The notes under the pieces: model-generated
Databases searched by the model: none
Seen by the model: only the letters and a program-made list of their open reading frames with translations
What the model was told of the DNA's origin: nothing
Program-made: the position numbers and the translations under genes
NCBI GenBank assembly: GCA_965235115.1
Contig: OZ249440.1
Location: forward strand, 7,936,001-8,000,000
DNA: 64,000 bases
Reading direction: 5' to 3'
Origin: Laetmonice hystrix
Lineage: Eukaryota
Shown here: piece by piece, positions 63,591-64,000 of the stretch
How the letters are laid out: each line of letters opens with the position of its first letter
How positions within the stretch are numbered: the first letter of the stretch is position 1

Positions 63591-64000
63591 TGTATTCCTC
63601 CCTCGTCAGCTCTGTCATCCTGGTATGTCTCAGCTTTCCGAGCTATAGCGTCTCTGGTTCTGTGCTAGGATCGCTTTTATAGATTGTCCTATAGTTTGTC
63701 ATGTTTGAGGAGAACGACGACGAGCAGGAGGGTACAAAACAGGGACAAAATGTAAAACATATAGAGAACATAAAACGGCAAAATCTCAGCCTATAGGTCT
63801 ACAATTTCCGATCTTTAGGTATCGCCATGTTCAGACACAAAAGCGCGAATGATGTGACGCTAAAAGGCTTTATGCAAATCAGCCCCGAAACTCTAGCCTC
63901 GCCTGTTCTGTCTCCCATGTCATCAGTGTGTGTAAAACACCCGAGGGCAACTCGAGAACGCCATGCAGGGCACCTCGAGACCTCTCGTCGACTCTCGCGA

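Overview
Eukaryotic (animal, probably invertebrate bilaterian) genomic DNA that is almost entirely non-coding. The only host coding sequence I can support is the last coding exon of an Emx/empty-spiracles-type homeobox gene (+, 8778-8891: VKVWFQNRRTKHKRVKSEEEQ...*). Its upstream exons were not found in the window, and no further host exon is recognisable in the ~55 kb downstream. There are two decayed Tc1/mariner transposase fragments (N-terminal at 1308-1523 +; C-terminal at 60423-61056 -) and a nested non-autonomous DNA element pair at 48112-48985. About 20 mutually unrelated minisatellite arrays cover ~10 kb (~16% of the window); microsatellites and five N gaps are also present. Nearly all long ORFs in the supplied track are read-throughs of tandem repeats or N gaps. 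The most informative observation is a 28-bp minisatellite that grew out of the Tc1 transposase coding sequence itself (unit = YRDEILDPIV codons), with the original reading frame recoverable on both sides. With the other arrays, this suggests frequent de novo, microhomology-driven minisatellite birth from arbitrary local sequence (inference). I found no CRISPR array, RNA gene or prokaryotic system, and I cannot claim a demonstrably new biological system from sequence alone.
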